This document shows positions 30,190 through 40,601 of a stretch of 64,000 bases of DNA, piece after piece. Within the stretch, counting starts at the first letter, position 1. Each line of letters starts with the position of its first letter. The notes under the pieces were generated by a model, which did not search any database, had not been told where the DNA came from, and saw only the letters and a list, made by a program, of their open reading frames with translations. Source of the DNA: a bacterium (GTDB lineage: Bacteria > SAR324 > NAC60-12). The stretch lies in the NCBI GenBank assembly GCA_965209155.1, contig OZ242383.1:3872001-3936000 (forward strand), read 5' to 3'. The position numbers were made by a program, and so were the translations under genes.

Positions 30190-31001
30190 GATCGGGTCCT
30201 GGGATCGAAATAGTCGCGCAATGCATCTCCCAATACATTGCAAATCAATACCACCAGCATGATGGCCAAGCCAGGAAAAATGGAAACAAAAGGAGCTTCG
30301 ATCAAAACATCCCTGCCTTCTGAGAGCATCGTTCCCCAGCTTGGCGTACCTGGTGGCACTCCCAGACCCAGAAAACTGAGGCTGGATTCCGCAATTATCG
30401 CGCCTGCCAGGTTGAAAGTTGCTTGCACTATGACTGGTTGCATGATGTTTGGTAATATGTGACGCACCATCGTCCGATTATCAGAGATGCCAGAGGTTCG
30501 GGCAGCAAGGATATAATCCTGTTCTTTTACGGAGAGTACCTGGCCCCGAACCAGCCTTGCATAACTGACCCATCCTTGGGCAGTCAAAGCAATTATCACG
30601 TTGTTCAAATTGGGACCCAAAACTGCCACTAAGGCTATAGCTAATAAGAGTCCCGGAAATGCGAGGAGAATATCGACAATCCTCATTAGCAGATTGTCCA
30701 ACCACCCGCCATAATATCCGGAAATCAGCCCGATAGTTGTACCAAAAATCCCGGATATACAAATAACCCAGAAACCAACATACAATGAAATTCGCCCACC
30801 AAAGAGAAGACGGCTCAAAATATCGCTGCCATTTTGATCTTGTCCCAACGGATGATTCCAGGAAGGGGGACGCATTTGTTCACTGAGTGAAATGCTTTCC
30901 GGATGATATGGAGCAATCCAGGGAGCCAGCAAAGCGGGTACGATAAAAACAAAAAGCAAGGTCGAACTGAGCCAGAATATTCGGGAATTGCGCCAAATCA
31001 T
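30186..31001 (-). CDS. Oligopeptide ABC permease (OppC/DppC)
   Basis: HPLGQDQNGSD, HILPN, LSFLGLG, GDALRDYFDPR. Confidence 0.93.
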   Translation of the reverse strand: MIWRNSRIFWLSSTLLFVFIVPALLAPWIAPYHPESISLSEQMRPPSWNHPLGQDQNGSDILSRLLFGGRISLYVGFWVICISGIFGTTIGLISGYYGGWLDNLLMRIVDILLAFPGLLLAIALVAVLGPNLNNVIIALTAQGWVSYARLVRGQVLSVKEQDYILAARTSGISDNRTMVRHILPNIMQPVIVQATFNLAGAIIAESSLSFLGLGVPPGTPSWGTMLSEGRDVLIEAPFVSIFPGLAIMLVVLICNVLGDALRDYFDPRTRS

Positions 31002-31918
31002 TGCAAACGAACTCTCGGATCAATAAAGACATAGGAAAGATCGGTGAACAGATTGACCAAAACATAAGTGCAGGCAATAAACATCACGCATCCTTGCACC
31101 AATGGGTAATCCCGGGATTGAATCCCTTCGATGAGGAGCAATCCCAAACCGGGCCAATCGAAAATGAATTCGGTGATGATGGCTCCTGATAAGAGTACGC
31201 CTACTTGCAGGCCAACAACCGTTATTACTGGAATAAGCGCGTTTCGGAATGCGTGTTGGAAAACAATTTGAAAGTCGGAAATACCTTTGGCGGTCGCAGT
31301 ACGAATGTAGTCTGCCCCAAGGGTCTCGACCACGGAGGAGCGAGTGATACGGGATAAAATTGAAGCCAGGGCCGTACCCAACGTGATGGCGGGCAGGATT
31401 AAATGCAGTAACGTTCCCCGTTCATTGACGGGAAGCCAGTCCAGTTGAATAGCGAAGATCAGGATCAGCATTGGTCCCAACCAGAAATTGGGAATGGAAA
31501 CACCAATCAGTGAAAAAAGCATTGCAATTTGATCAATCCAACTCCCCCGTTTAACTGCCGATAGCAGACCTAGTGGAATAGCCAAACCGATGGCAATTAT
31601 CATAGCTCCAAGCATCAATTCAACTGTTGCAGGAAATCGCTCCAATATCGCTCCCAACACCGGCTTCCGACTATGTATGGAATCGCCTAAATTTCCGGTA
31701 ATCAAGTCTTTCATGTAGTTGAGATATTGCTCGTAGAGCGGTTGATTCAGTCCAAGTTGTTCTCGCAATTGTTTTTTGTCCGCAGGAAAAGCAGAATCTC
31801 CCATCATTAGTTCAACCGGATCTCCAGGGATGAGATGGATTAAAAAAAAGACAAGCGTAGTCACCCCAAAAAGAACTGGAAACAGTAATAATAAACGCCG
31901 AATTATATAGCTGATCAT
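30998..31918 (-). CDS. Oligopeptide/nickel ABC permease (OppB/DppB)
   Basis: YIIRRLL, IPGDP, DYIRTATAKG, IDPRVR. Confidence 0.93.
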   Translation of the reverse strand: MISYIIRRLLLLFPVLFGVTTLVFFLIHLIPGDPVELMMGDSAFPADKKQLREQLGLNQPLYEQYLNYMKDLITGNLGDSIHSRKPVLGAILERFPATVELMLGAMIIAIGLAIPLGLLSAVKRGSWIDQIAMLFSLIGVSIPNFWLGPMLILIFAIQLDWLPVNERGTLLHLILPAITLGTALASILSRITRSSVVETLGADYIRTATAKGISDFQIVFQHAFRNALIPVITVVGLQVGVLLSGAIITEFIFDWPGLGLLLIEGIQSRDYPLVQGCVMFIACTYVLVNLFTDLSYVFIDPRVRLQ

Positions 31919-32000
31919 TGTCAAGTCTGTTCGTCTCCGTCCTTATCATTATTGATCAAGGAAGCAGACCACCACAGGGAAGGAATTACGAATGTTAAAG

Positions 32001-32320
32001 TAACCTGAATTCGACATAAATCTTCAATAATAAGAGTATCCTCGTGTATATTTCATCCTCGCTAAACTTGCCCCTTGCAAGCGGGGAGCGGGGATGCAGA
32101 TTTCGGTCTGGCCGCATGCCTCTGGACTCCCGGTCAAGCCAGGAATGACACCATCATCTGTCATACCGAACTTGATCCGGTATCCAGGGGCCGCGCTAGA
32201 TTCGTGGCTCGCCGCATACCTCTGGATTCCTGGTCAAGCCAGGAATGACAAGGTTTCTCCAAGACATGAAGATTCCATAAAATATTGAATTGATTAAATG
32301 CTTATCTCGAACTCGGGTTA
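32001..32320. repeat. MITE-like element with imperfect terminal inverted repeats enclosing REP-like palindromes
   Basis: TAACCTGAATTCGACATAA (32001-32019) vs TTATCTCGAACTCGGGTTA (32302-32320), 16/19 complementary; internal ctgga.tcc.ggtcaagccaggaatgac twice. Confidence 0.6.
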
Positions 32321-32382
32321 ATGTAGATTGAAGGATACCATCGGAGAAATTCGCGTCATAATTCACTGCAACTCACATAGGT

Positions 32383-33003
32383 TTATGCAAACCATACCCA
32401 GGGAGCTTCTTTCTGGTAATTGCTCTCAAATTCGGTAATTTTATTTTCATACCGAAGAGTCCAACCAATTTCATCCAATCCATTCAAAAGACGTTCCTTA
32501 GCAAAAGGATCAACCGTAAAATCAAGCTTCTGTCCATCAGGAGTGGACACCAGCTGTTGCTTTAAAGCGATCGTGAGCTGATATCCTACATTTTTTTTTA
32601 TATCCTGGAATAGCGTTTCTACTTGGGATGGGGTTAGCACTATAGGAAGAATACCGTTTTTAAAACAGTTGTTGTAAAAAATATCGGCAAAACTAGGAGC
32701 GATAATACAACGGAATCCATATTCCAGCAGCGCCCAGGGAGCATGTTCCCGGCTGGAACCACAACCAAAATTTTCACGAGTGACCAGGATTTGGGCACCT
32801 TGATAACGGGGAAAATTGAGAGAAAATTCAGGATTGGGTCGAGTTCCGCCATCGTCAAGGTAACGCCAGTCATGAAAGAGGTGTTTCCCAAATCCGGTAC
32901 GTTCGATTTTCTTGAGGAATTGCTTAGGGATTATTTGATCGGTGTCCACATCGATACGATCCAATAATGCCGCCGGAGCAGTGAGGGTGGTGAATGCTTG
33001 CAT
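32383..33003 (-). CDS. leuD: 3-isopropylmalate dehydratase small subunit
   Basis: [29 protein letters not shown]. Confidence 0.97.
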   Translation of the reverse strand: MQAFTTLTAPAALLDRIDVDTDQIIPKQFLKKIERTGFGKHLFHDWRYLDDGGTRPNPEFSLNFPRYQGAQILVTRENFGCGSSREHAPWALLEYGFRCIIAPSFADIFYNNCFKNGILPIVLTPSQVETLFQDIKKNVGYQLTIALKQQLVSTPDGQKLDFTVDPFAKERLLNGLDEIGWTLRYENKITEFESNYQKEAPWVWFA

Positions 33004-33128
33004 GGTATAATTCCTTTTTTTAAAATGATTGTAAGATAGGTTTCTGCTCCCCCTGTCTGTCAAATGTGAGAAGAAAATTAAATTACAATTTTCCTTCCTC
33101 TAAGGGAATATTTCACACGACTCGGGTC

Positions 33129-34538
33129 TTAAGGCTGATTATTGTCGAAAGTGCGTATGTCCGTGAAATGACCGGCAACAGCCGCCGCTGCTGCCATTAG
33201 TGGGCTTACGAGGTGGGTTCTTCCACCCTTACCCTGACGGCCTTCAAAATTTCTATTGCTTGTCGAGGCGCATCGTTCACCGGATTTGAGTTGATCATCA
33301 TTCATGGCCAGGCACATGGAACATCCTGGTTGTCTCCATTCAAAACCGGCATTATGAAATATTTTATCCAATCCTTCCTTTTCCGCTTGTTTTTTAACCA
33401 GACCGCTTCCTGGAACAATCATCGCATTGACGGTGGAAGCGACTTTTTTATCTTTGACAAAATGAGCCACTGCACGCAGGTCTTCGATCCGAGAATTGGT
33501 GCAAGAACCAATGAAAACCCGGTTAATTGAAATCATATTGATAGGCGTGTTGGGCTCCAGGTCCATATATCTCAAAGCCGATTCGGTGGCTTTTCTGCGC
33601 TCGGGGTCTTCGATCTGGGCAGGGTCCGGTACTTTGCCGTTGATGTCAGTCACCATCCCAGGATTGGTACCCCAGGTGACCTGAGGTAAAATTTCATCAG
33701 CAGTCAACTCTACGACTGCATCAAATCGAGCATCTTTGTCTGAGCGAAGTTGTCTCCAGGTTGCAATCGCTTGGTCGAATTGCTCCCCTCGAGGCGCATA
33801 GGGACGTCCCCGCAAATACTCGAAGGTTATTTCATCAGGTGCGATTAATCCGGCACGAGCCCCTGCTTCAATAGTCATATTGCAAAGCGTCATGCGTGCT
33901 TCCATCGAAAGACGACGAATGAGTTCTCCAGCATATTCAATCACAAAACCGGTTCCTCCCCGGGTGCCGATTTTTCCAATCAATGCCAAGATGATGTCCT
34001 TGGAGGTAACATTGTTGCAAAGTTGGCCATTGATTTGAACCAACATGGACTTTGCCTTTTTTTGCTGCAGGGTTTGAGTGGCCAGGACATGTTCTACTTC
34101 GGAAGTGCCGATCCCAAAAGCCAAAGCTCCAAAAGCGCCATGAGTGGAGGTGTGTGAGTCACCACAGACGATGGTCAATCCAGGTAAAGTCAATCCTTGT
34201 TCCGGCATCACAACATGCACAATTCCCTGTCGCACATCGCCTAAATCGAATAAAGTGATTCCAAAATCGTTACAATTGTTACGCAGGGTATCTACCTGCT
34301 TTGCTGAAATTGGATCCTGGATGGGTTTGTCTTGATCGATTGTCGGCACATTGTGATCCTGGACGGCAAATGTGAAGTGGGGATGGCGAACAAGCCGATT
34401 TGTGAGTCGCAAGCCTTCAAATGCCTGAGGTGAGGTCACTTCATGGATGAGATGCCGGTCAATATACAGAATGGTGTTGCCATCCTCTTCATGAACGACA
34501 TGAGCATCCCAAATTTTTTCAAACATTGTTTTTCCCAT
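33129..34538 (-). CDS. leuC: 3-isopropylmalate dehydratase large subunit
   Basis: [41 protein letters not shown]. Confidence 0.98.
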   Translation of the reverse strand: MGKTMFEKIWDAHVVHEEDGNTILYIDRHLIHEVTSPQAFEGLRLTNRLVRHPHFTFAVQDHNVPTIDQDKPIQDPISAKQVDTLRNNCNDFGITLFDLGDVRQGIVHVVMPEQGLTLPGLTIVCGDSHTSTHGAFGALAFGIGTSEVEHVLATQTLQQKKAKSMLVQINGQLCNNVTSKDIILALIGKIGTRGGTGFVIEYAGELIRRLSMEARMTLCNMTIEAGARAGLIAPDEITFEYLRGRPYAPRGEQFDQAIATWRQLRSDKDARFDAVVELTADEILPQVTWGTNPGMVTDINGKVPDPAQIEDPERRKATESALRYMDLEPNTPINMISINRVFIGSCTNSRIEDLRAVAHFVKDKKVASTVNAMIVPGSGLVKKQAEKEGLDKIFHNAGFEWRQPGCSMCLAMNDDQLKSGERCASTSNRNFEGRQGKGGRTHLVSPLMAAAAAVAGHFTDIRTFDNNQP

Positions 34539-34763
34539 TTTTTCTCTATTTTAGGATTATCATGAAAGATGAGTTGCAAGTAAAAAATGGTGGTTCCATT
34601 CAGTTGACCCGACTGATGCCAGTCGCAACTCGAGAGGAATTGTTATTAGCATAAATACGAAAATTAGTGTAATATTCTAACCCATTTGAAAAGGACTCTC
34701 AACGAAATTGCTGTTTTTTCGTGCCAGGTCTGTAGTTCCGAATTCAAGGGTATTAAAGTCGAA

Positions 34764-35546
34764 ATGGATGAAGTCGTTGTTTCATTTCTGGTGCTAGGTG
34801 GACTTCCCGTATTATATTGGATCTGGTTGTTTTATACTTCCAACCGTTATAAGCGCTCCAGTATCAGACTATTGATCTTGCTTTTTTTGGGGGGAATTGC
34901 ATGTGGTTTGCTGGCTTTGACTCTAAACCACATTGTCGAAAAATACACGATATTCTGGTCAGGAGCGCAAGAGACCATTATTCTGCTGGACTTGCTTCCA
35001 CCGATTCCTGCATACAGTCTTGGATTTTGGCTGATGGTCGGTTTTAATGAGGAATTCGCAAAACTGACCGTGCTACTCTTTCTCGCCTATCCATCCAGGG
35101 ATTTTCAAGAGCGATTTGACGGAATGCTCTATGCGGCAGTCGTCGCTTTGGGATTTGCCACGATAGAAAATGCTTTCTATATACAGCAGTATGGCATGTC
35201 CATATTGATCACCCGGACTCTGATTACTCTCCCTACCCATATCTTCATGAGCGCAATAATGGGTTATTTTATGGCGCAATCACATTTTGCCCTTAAACAA
35301 GCCTCAGGGTCAGAATTTATCCATTGGCCTTCTATCTTGCTTATCCTGTCCGGTTGGAGTATTGCAGCGCTTCTTCATGCCAGTTACGATAGCCTTCTGT
35401 CTCTTAATTTGAATAAAATGGCATATACTCAATTATTAATCATGGGGGCAGTCACTATTTACCTCAGACATCGCTGTCTCAAGCAATCCGAATTTGCCCC
35501 ACCTGTTGCTTCCAATCCGGCCATAGTGTCACATAAGAGCAGTTAA
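34764..35546 (+). CDS. PrsW-family intramembrane glutamic protease
   Basis: GFNEEFAK, GFATIEN, PTHIF, LHASYD; multiple TM segments. Confidence 0.85.
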   Translation: MDEVVVSFLVLGGLPVLYWIWLFYTSNRYKRSSIRLLILLFLGGIACGLLALTLNHIVEKYTIFWSGAQETIILLDLLPPIPAYSLGFWLMVGFNEEFAKLTVLLFLAYPSRDFQERFDGMLYAAVVALGFATIENAFYIQQYGMSILITRTLITLPTHIFMSAIMGYFMAQSHFALKQASGSEFIHWPSILLILSGWSIAALLHASYDSLLSLNLNKMAYTQLLIMGAVTIYLRHRCLKQSEFAPPVASNPAIVSHKSS

Positions 35547-35595
35547 ACTCAGAGCATTCTTAACAGACCCTGAATTTTAAATTTGGAAGCATTGA

Positions 35596-35706
35596 TTAAA
35601 AATGATTGGACCCATGGTTTTCCTGCCAATGCTCATCCAAGACAAATGCGACCACGCCAAATACGCAGACGCCTGCAATAATAGTCAAAATCAATGACAT
35701 TTCCAA
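35596..35706 (-). CDS. Unannotated 36-aa single-pass membrane protein (candidate)
   Basis: AGGAGG 6 nt before TTG; MEMSLILTIIAGVCVFGVVAFVLDEHWQENHGSNHF*. Confidence 0.55.
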   Translation of the reverse strand: MEMSLILTIIAGVCVFGVVAFVLDEHWQENHGSNHF

Positions 35707-35824
35707 TGAAATCCTCCTGATTTTTAAACTCTTTTTTAGTTTCAATGCTTGAAAGAAAATTTACTCCACTATTTGGCAAAGAGAAACTTCGGATTATAAA
35801 AATCCTCCAACCTCCATTTGTAAG

Positions 35825-36958
35825 TTAAACTGGTTTGCTTTGCTCTTTCATTGTTTCCAAGGAAGCCATCAAGATATTGTGTAGCCGGGAACGAAATCTT
35901 CTCATTGCCACCACTTTTCTTTCACGTGAAATGTGTACACGGTTAGTCAATACAATAACAACAGTTCTGGACGGGATATTCAACCAGAATGAAGTGCCCG
36001 TGAATCCGGTATGTCCTATGCTTCCCGGAGGAAAAAGGCTTCCACAACTCGCATTGCCACCATACTCGCTTTTCAAGTCCCATCCCAGACCTCGTGGTTC
36101 CACATTGGGTGGATTGTGATTGCGTACCATACTTCTCACTGACATGGGGGAGAGCACATGGGCTCCTTCCAGTTCGCCTTCATTGAAAATCATTTGACAA
36201 AAACGGTAGATTTCAAGAGCTCGCGAAAAAAGCCCGGAATTGCCTCCTTCCTCGTTAAAAATGTAGCAGTTTTCATCATGAACGATTCCCCGTAATAGTT
36301 TGTTGCGGAAGGGACAAAATTGAGTCGGAGCAATCGTGGATTCCTGAATGATTCTCAGGGGTTTAAAACAAGTCGAATGCATACGTAGCGGTTTAAAAAT
36401 ATGAGCGTCGCTAAACTGAGCCAGACTTTGTTGGGTGAGGCGGTCTACGATTTCCCCCAAAATGAGAAAACCCAAGCAACTATAGACCATTTGCTGGTCC
36501 GGGAGACGATCAAGTGGAATGGAGATGAGCCGTTGCCAGGCCTCTCTCTTATCTGCAACGTCTTCGTAAAGGTTTGCCCATGCAGGTAATCCCGCAGTAT
36601 GGGTAAGTAAATGACGTAAGGTGACTTTGCTTTTCTCGTCAGTCCCGAATTCGGGTATGAATTCTGCCACTGGATCATTCAGATTCAAAAAGCCCCGCTC
36701 TTGCAAGATCATAATGGCTGTGGCAGTTGCAATTGGTTTGGTCATCGAGGCAATATCAAAAATTGTGTTGGGGGGCAGAGTTGGCGCGTTTTCACCAATT
36801 TCCAATCTTCCCCAGGTCTGATGTAAGTAAATTTCATCATGAGCGGCGAATAAGAGTTCAATACCAGGAAACACTCCTTCACGCAGTTGATGCTGGATCA
36901 ATTGCTCCAGGTAATGATACCAGGTTCGTATAAAATCGACTTTGATGATATTGCCCAT
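35825..36958 (-). CDS. Serine hydrolase, beta-lactamase class C-like family
   Basis: FDIASMTK (SxxK), LLTHTAGL, YSCLGF, GHTGFTG. Confidence 0.9.
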   Translation of the reverse strand: MGNIIKVDFIRTWYHYLEQLIQHQLREGVFPGIELLFAAHDEIYLHQTWGRLEIGENAPTLPPNTIFDIASMTKPIATATAIMILQERGFLNLNDPVAEFIPEFGTDEKSKVTLRHLLTHTAGLPAWANLYEDVADKREAWQRLISIPLDRLPDQQMVYSCLGFLILGEIVDRLTQQSLAQFSDAHIFKPLRMHSTCFKPLRIIQESTIAPTQFCPFRNKLLRGIVHDENCYIFNEEGGNSGLFSRALEIYRFCQMIFNEGELEGAHVLSPMSVRSMVRNHNPPNVEPRGLGWDLKSEYGGNASCGSLFPPGSIGHTGFTGTSFWLNIPSRTVVIVLTNRVHISRERKVVAMRRFRSRLHNILMASLETMKEQSKPV

Positions 36959-37198
36959 GAACAGGATTGAACTGCAAAAGACAGAATGGGCAGAGTGCCT
37001 TGATATTAATTGAATTTTTACGATGATAATATTGGATACAGGATCGATTGTCATTTGAAAAGTCATTTTTTGCCTGAGAATTATTGTGAATAGCAGTTCA
37101 AATTTCCATCGATTGTTCAATTCGAAATTTATGTGTTAAATTAATGGACTCGACCAATTCTTTTTACAACGTGGCACTTTTAAGATCGTTAAAAATTT

Positions 37199-38263
37199 AT
37201 GAAAGTCCGAGACGCCATCTTAAAATTGGGAAGCTACAATCCACCTTTGGAAGGGCGCAATCCCAATAAATATCTCTTGTTGGATTTCAATGAATCGCCT
37301 GTCCCCCCTCCTTCGCACGTGATTGACGCCTTGGTGGAGTTCATTCAGGACAATCGTCTACAAGCATATCCTTCATACGGGGACTTTTTAGAGCAGTTGG
37401 CTGCCTATGCTAAAGTGCCAGTCAATCAGTTGATTTTAACCAACGGTTCAGACCAAGCCATCGACATTATATTACGGGCTCTTTTAAATGAAAGTGAAGA
37501 AATGATTCTGGCCAAACCAGGATTTGCTATTTTTTTTCAGGTCGCTGGAACATTGGGAGCCAATGTGATTTCTCCAAAGTTTCGATCTGACATGAGTTTC
37601 CCCTATGAAGAAATTTTCAATGCCGTCACTCCGCGAACCCGACTGATTGTGGTGATCAATCCCAACAATCCCACAGGGACCTTGGTGAGTGTGGAACAAA
37701 TCCAGAATTTACTGAAATCTTTTCCTGACATAGGCATTCTTGTAGACGAAGCTTATTTCGAATTCTCCCAACAAACATGTTCCAATCTTTTGGAAGATCA
37801 TAAAAACCTGATCATCACACGCACTTTTTCAAAAGCTTTCGCGCTTCCCAGTCTGCGTTTGGGTTATGCCATTGCTCACAAATCTTTCATTGAGCATCTT
37901 TATAAAATTCGAGGACCTTATGACATCAATATGATCGCACTGGAAGCGGCTCGCGCACAGCTCGCTCATCCCCAACCCTGGCAGCGGATTATCCGGGAAA
38001 TTATGTGTGAGGCCAAACCTGTTTTAGAAAGTTTTTTTGAAGCACAGGGAATCGCTTATTTTAAAGGAACTGCCAATTTTATGCTGGTAGCTCCCAAAAA
38101 TGTTGAAGCTGCTATTGACTATTTGAAAGCTCACAATATTTTAGTCCGCCCCATGCGACCACCAATTGCGCATACCTTTCGTATGAGTATTGGAACCCTA
38201 TCGCAGACCCGACAATTCATAGATACCTTCACGGACTTTATAGAAAACAATCAATTCCACTAA
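37199..38263 (+). CDS. hisC: Histidinol-phosphate aminotransferase family
   Basis: LDFNE, NGSDQAI, NPNNPTG, VDEAY, RTFSKAFALPSLRLGY. Confidence 0.88.
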   Translation: MKVRDAILKLGSYNPPLEGRNPNKYLLLDFNESPVPPPSHVIDALVEFIQDNRLQAYPSYGDFLEQLAAYAKVPVNQLILTNGSDQAIDIILRALLNESEEMILAKPGFAIFFQVAGTLGANVISPKFRSDMSFPYEEIFNAVTPRTRLIVVINPNNPTGTLVSVEQIQNLLKSFPDIGILVDEAYFEFSQQTCSNLLEDHKNLIITRTFSKAFALPSLRLGYAIAHKSFIEHLYKIRGPYDINMIALEAARAQLAHPQPWQRIIREIMCEAKPVLESFFEAQGIAYFKGTANFMLVAPKNVEAAIDYLKAHNILVRPMRPPIAHTFRMSIGTLSQTRQFIDTFTDFIENNQFH

Positions 38264-38385
38264 AACTCTCCCTAATCCAGAAAAATGCCAAATAGTGGAA
38301 AGAGTGAAACCAAAGATTATGATCTTGAATCTGAATCCGAATAGTGTCATTTTAAGAGCTTTGCTACTTTTATAATCCCTGAATG

Positions 38386-38456
38386 GGCGACGTAGCCAAG
38401 CGGTCAGGCAGAGGTCTGCAAAACCTTGAACACCGGTTCGAATCCGGTCGTCGCCT
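38386..38456 (+). tRNA. tRNA-Cys(GCA), CCA not encoded
   Basis: Acceptor GGCGACG/CGTCGCC, anticodon loop CTGCAAA, T arm CCGGTTCGAATCCGG; TATAAT at 38371. Confidence 0.95.
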
Positions 38457-38472
38457 CCCCGCCATCAGCGAT

Positions 38473-38559
38473 GCCTGGGTGGCGAAATTGGTAGACGCAC
38501 AGGACTTAAAATCCTGCGGAGTTCGCTCCGTGCCGGTTCGATTCCGGCCCTAGGCACCA
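38473..38559 (+). tRNA. tRNA-Leu(TAA)
   Basis: GCCTGGG/CCTAGGC, CAGGA-CTTAAAA-TCCTG, long variable arm, encoded CCA. Confidence 0.96.
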
Positions 38560-39105
38560 CAATTGCTGAAATCCACGAATCGCTGTTATCCGTATCAAAC
38601 TTGTAAAATCGATAATTTGCAAATATTCATACCGAAAGCTCTCGACGCTTTGCAAGACTCCGAAGCAACATGCTTAACAGTGAAAGAGGATAAAATCCAA
38701 GCAGCAACTTTTAAGGATTTCATCAATGAAAATTCAGCCACTAAACAGGAAATCTCCTTGCCAGGTAAAAATTTTAATTCGTTCCTGCAAGGTCTGCGTC
38801 ACATCTTCCGAACCATCCTTATAAGGGTATAGAATTTATCTCGGGTAACTGCTGTGTTTTCGAAATTACATTCGAAATATTGATGGTAGCGGAAGTGAAA
38901 AAATTTCCGATTGTATCTCAGCCTGATCTACCTTGATATTCCCGTATCTACTTTGTCCTCATGTCAGCTTCGCACTACGCATCAAATGTAAACAAGCATG
39001 GAAAGGATGTGAAGAGAAAGTTCAATTAAACAAATCAAGTTGAACAGATTTCTGGTTCAAATTAATACATGACTGAAAATCCAGTCCTTTCTTCTAAAAA
39101 TCATC

Positions 39106-40335
39106 TTGAAAACGAAATTTCAGCAAAAAAAATCGATTCAGCAACTGCTTTTTCCATTTTATCTACCTGCATTGGTGATGAGTATCAGTCGTGGAATGGT
39201 TTTTCTCATGGTACCACTTTATGCCCTGGAATTAGGTGCGGGGGCTGGAGGTGCGGGAACTGTTTTCGCGCTCATAGGTCTTGGCGTACTGATTTCCGAT
39301 GTTCCTGTCGGATTTATGATCAAAAGATTTGGCGAAAGGAGGTTAATGCTGATCGGGCTGTCCTTTATCGGGGTTGGTGGAATTGGAGCCGGTTTAAGTC
39401 CGTCCATGTTTTTATTGGGAATATCCACCTTCGTATATGGAGTGGGAACTGGCACGTGGTTTATGGCTCGCATAAACTATTTGACTGAAAACGTAGTCAT
39501 TGGCCATCGGGGTCGAGCCATGGCGTTAATGGGCGGCACAGAGCGCATCGGATTGTTTGCTGGTCCTGCAGTAGGGGGTGTTTTTAGCATGCTTCTGGGA
39601 TTCCAAACAACCTTTTTGATTTCAGCATTGATCATAGCAATGGTGCTTCTCTTCATCTTGGTTGTCCTTCCCGTTGATAAAAATCGTTTCGCCATTGCTC
39701 GACCACGAAGAATTTTGTCTCTTATTCCAAATATGTTGATGGAACACCGACAAATCTTTCTCACTGCAGGTGTTTTTTCTATCATCTTGCAGATGATCCG
39801 TGCAGGTCGCCAGTTGCTGGTTCCTTTGTGGGGAGAGCATATCGGGTTGGATACGGCCGAGATTGGCTTCATCTATGGTTTGTCCTTCGCTGTAGATATG
39901 TCTCTCTTCTATTTGGCTGGATCTATTATGGATCGTATTGGTAGAAAATGGACAGCTGGTCCCAGTCTGCTGATTCTTTCTTCCAGTCTTATCCTGCTAC
40001 CAGTCTCACAAGATTTTGTTTCATTCCTGTTGGTAGCGATTCTCTCCGGCTTGGGCAATGGATATGGCGCGGGGATTATCATGACCCTGGGGGCTGATTA
40101 TTCTCCTCGCAAAAATCACAGTGAATTTTTAGGAATGTGGCGCTTGATGGGTGATGTCGGTGGAACCATCGGCCCTTTGATTATTGGCGGAATCAGTAAA
40201 TTGTTTGTGCTCGGTATCGCTTCAATCATCACTGGAGGTGTTGGTTTGATGGGAACCCTTATCCTGATATTTTTAGTCCGTGAAACAGTTGTCAAAGCGG
40301 AAAATGCATTAATATCCGAAAAAGATCGAAGCTAG
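39106..40335 (+). CDS. MFS transporter
   Basis: About 12 hydrophobic segments, GSIMDRIGRK motif A, RGRAMA. Confidence 0.88.
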   Translation: MKTKFQQKKSIQQLLFPFYLPALVMSISRGMVFLMVPLYALELGAGAGGAGTVFALIGLGVLISDVPVGFMIKRFGERRLMLIGLSFIGVGGIGAGLSPSMFLLGISTFVYGVGTGTWFMARINYLTENVVIGHRGRAMALMGGTERIGLFAGPAVGGVFSMLLGFQTTFLISALIIAMVLLFILVVLPVDKNRFAIARPRRILSLIPNMLMEHRQIFLTAGVFSIILQMIRAGRQLLVPLWGEHIGLDTAEIGFIYGLSFAVDMSLFYLAGSIMDRIGRKWTAGPSLLILSSSLILLPVSQDFVSFLLVAILSGLGNGYGAGIIMTLGADYSPRKNHSEFLGMWRLMGDVGGTIGPLIIGGISKLFVLGIASIITGGVGLMGTLILIFLVRETVVKAENALISEKDRS

Positions 40336-40494
40336 AATAATTGAATTGAAAAAAGAAGAAAACAACAGAATCATTTATTTCCAAGTACAAAAATCAAAAA
40401 ATTCGGATGGCATTGAAAGAGAACTTCGAAGCCCCAAACGCCACAGTAATGACTGTCAGGGACAAGATAAAACCTGGTAAATCCTCGCAGTCAA

Positions 40495-40571
40495 TGGTGC
40501 GCCCAGGAGGAATCGAACCCCCAGCCTTCGGAACCGGAATCCGACGCTCTATCCGATTGAGCTATGAGCGC
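40495..40571 (-). tRNA. tRNA-Arg(CCG)
   Basis: Minus strand GCGCTCATAGCTCAATCGGATAGAGCG..TCGGA-TTCCGGT-TCCGA..GGTTCGATTCC..GCGCACCA. Confidence 0.95.
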
Positions 40572-40601
40572 ATTATCATAAAGACGCAAGTTCCCCTGAA
40601 A

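Noticed and set aside
32110..32250. Palindromic repeats as CRISPR repeats or integron attC sites
   Set aside because: Only 2-3 irregular units in mixed orientation, with no cassette structure, integrase or cas gene
38560..40494. Genomic island integrated at the tRNAs
   Set aside because: No integrase and no duplicated tRNA 3-prime end seen; only an MFS gene lies between them
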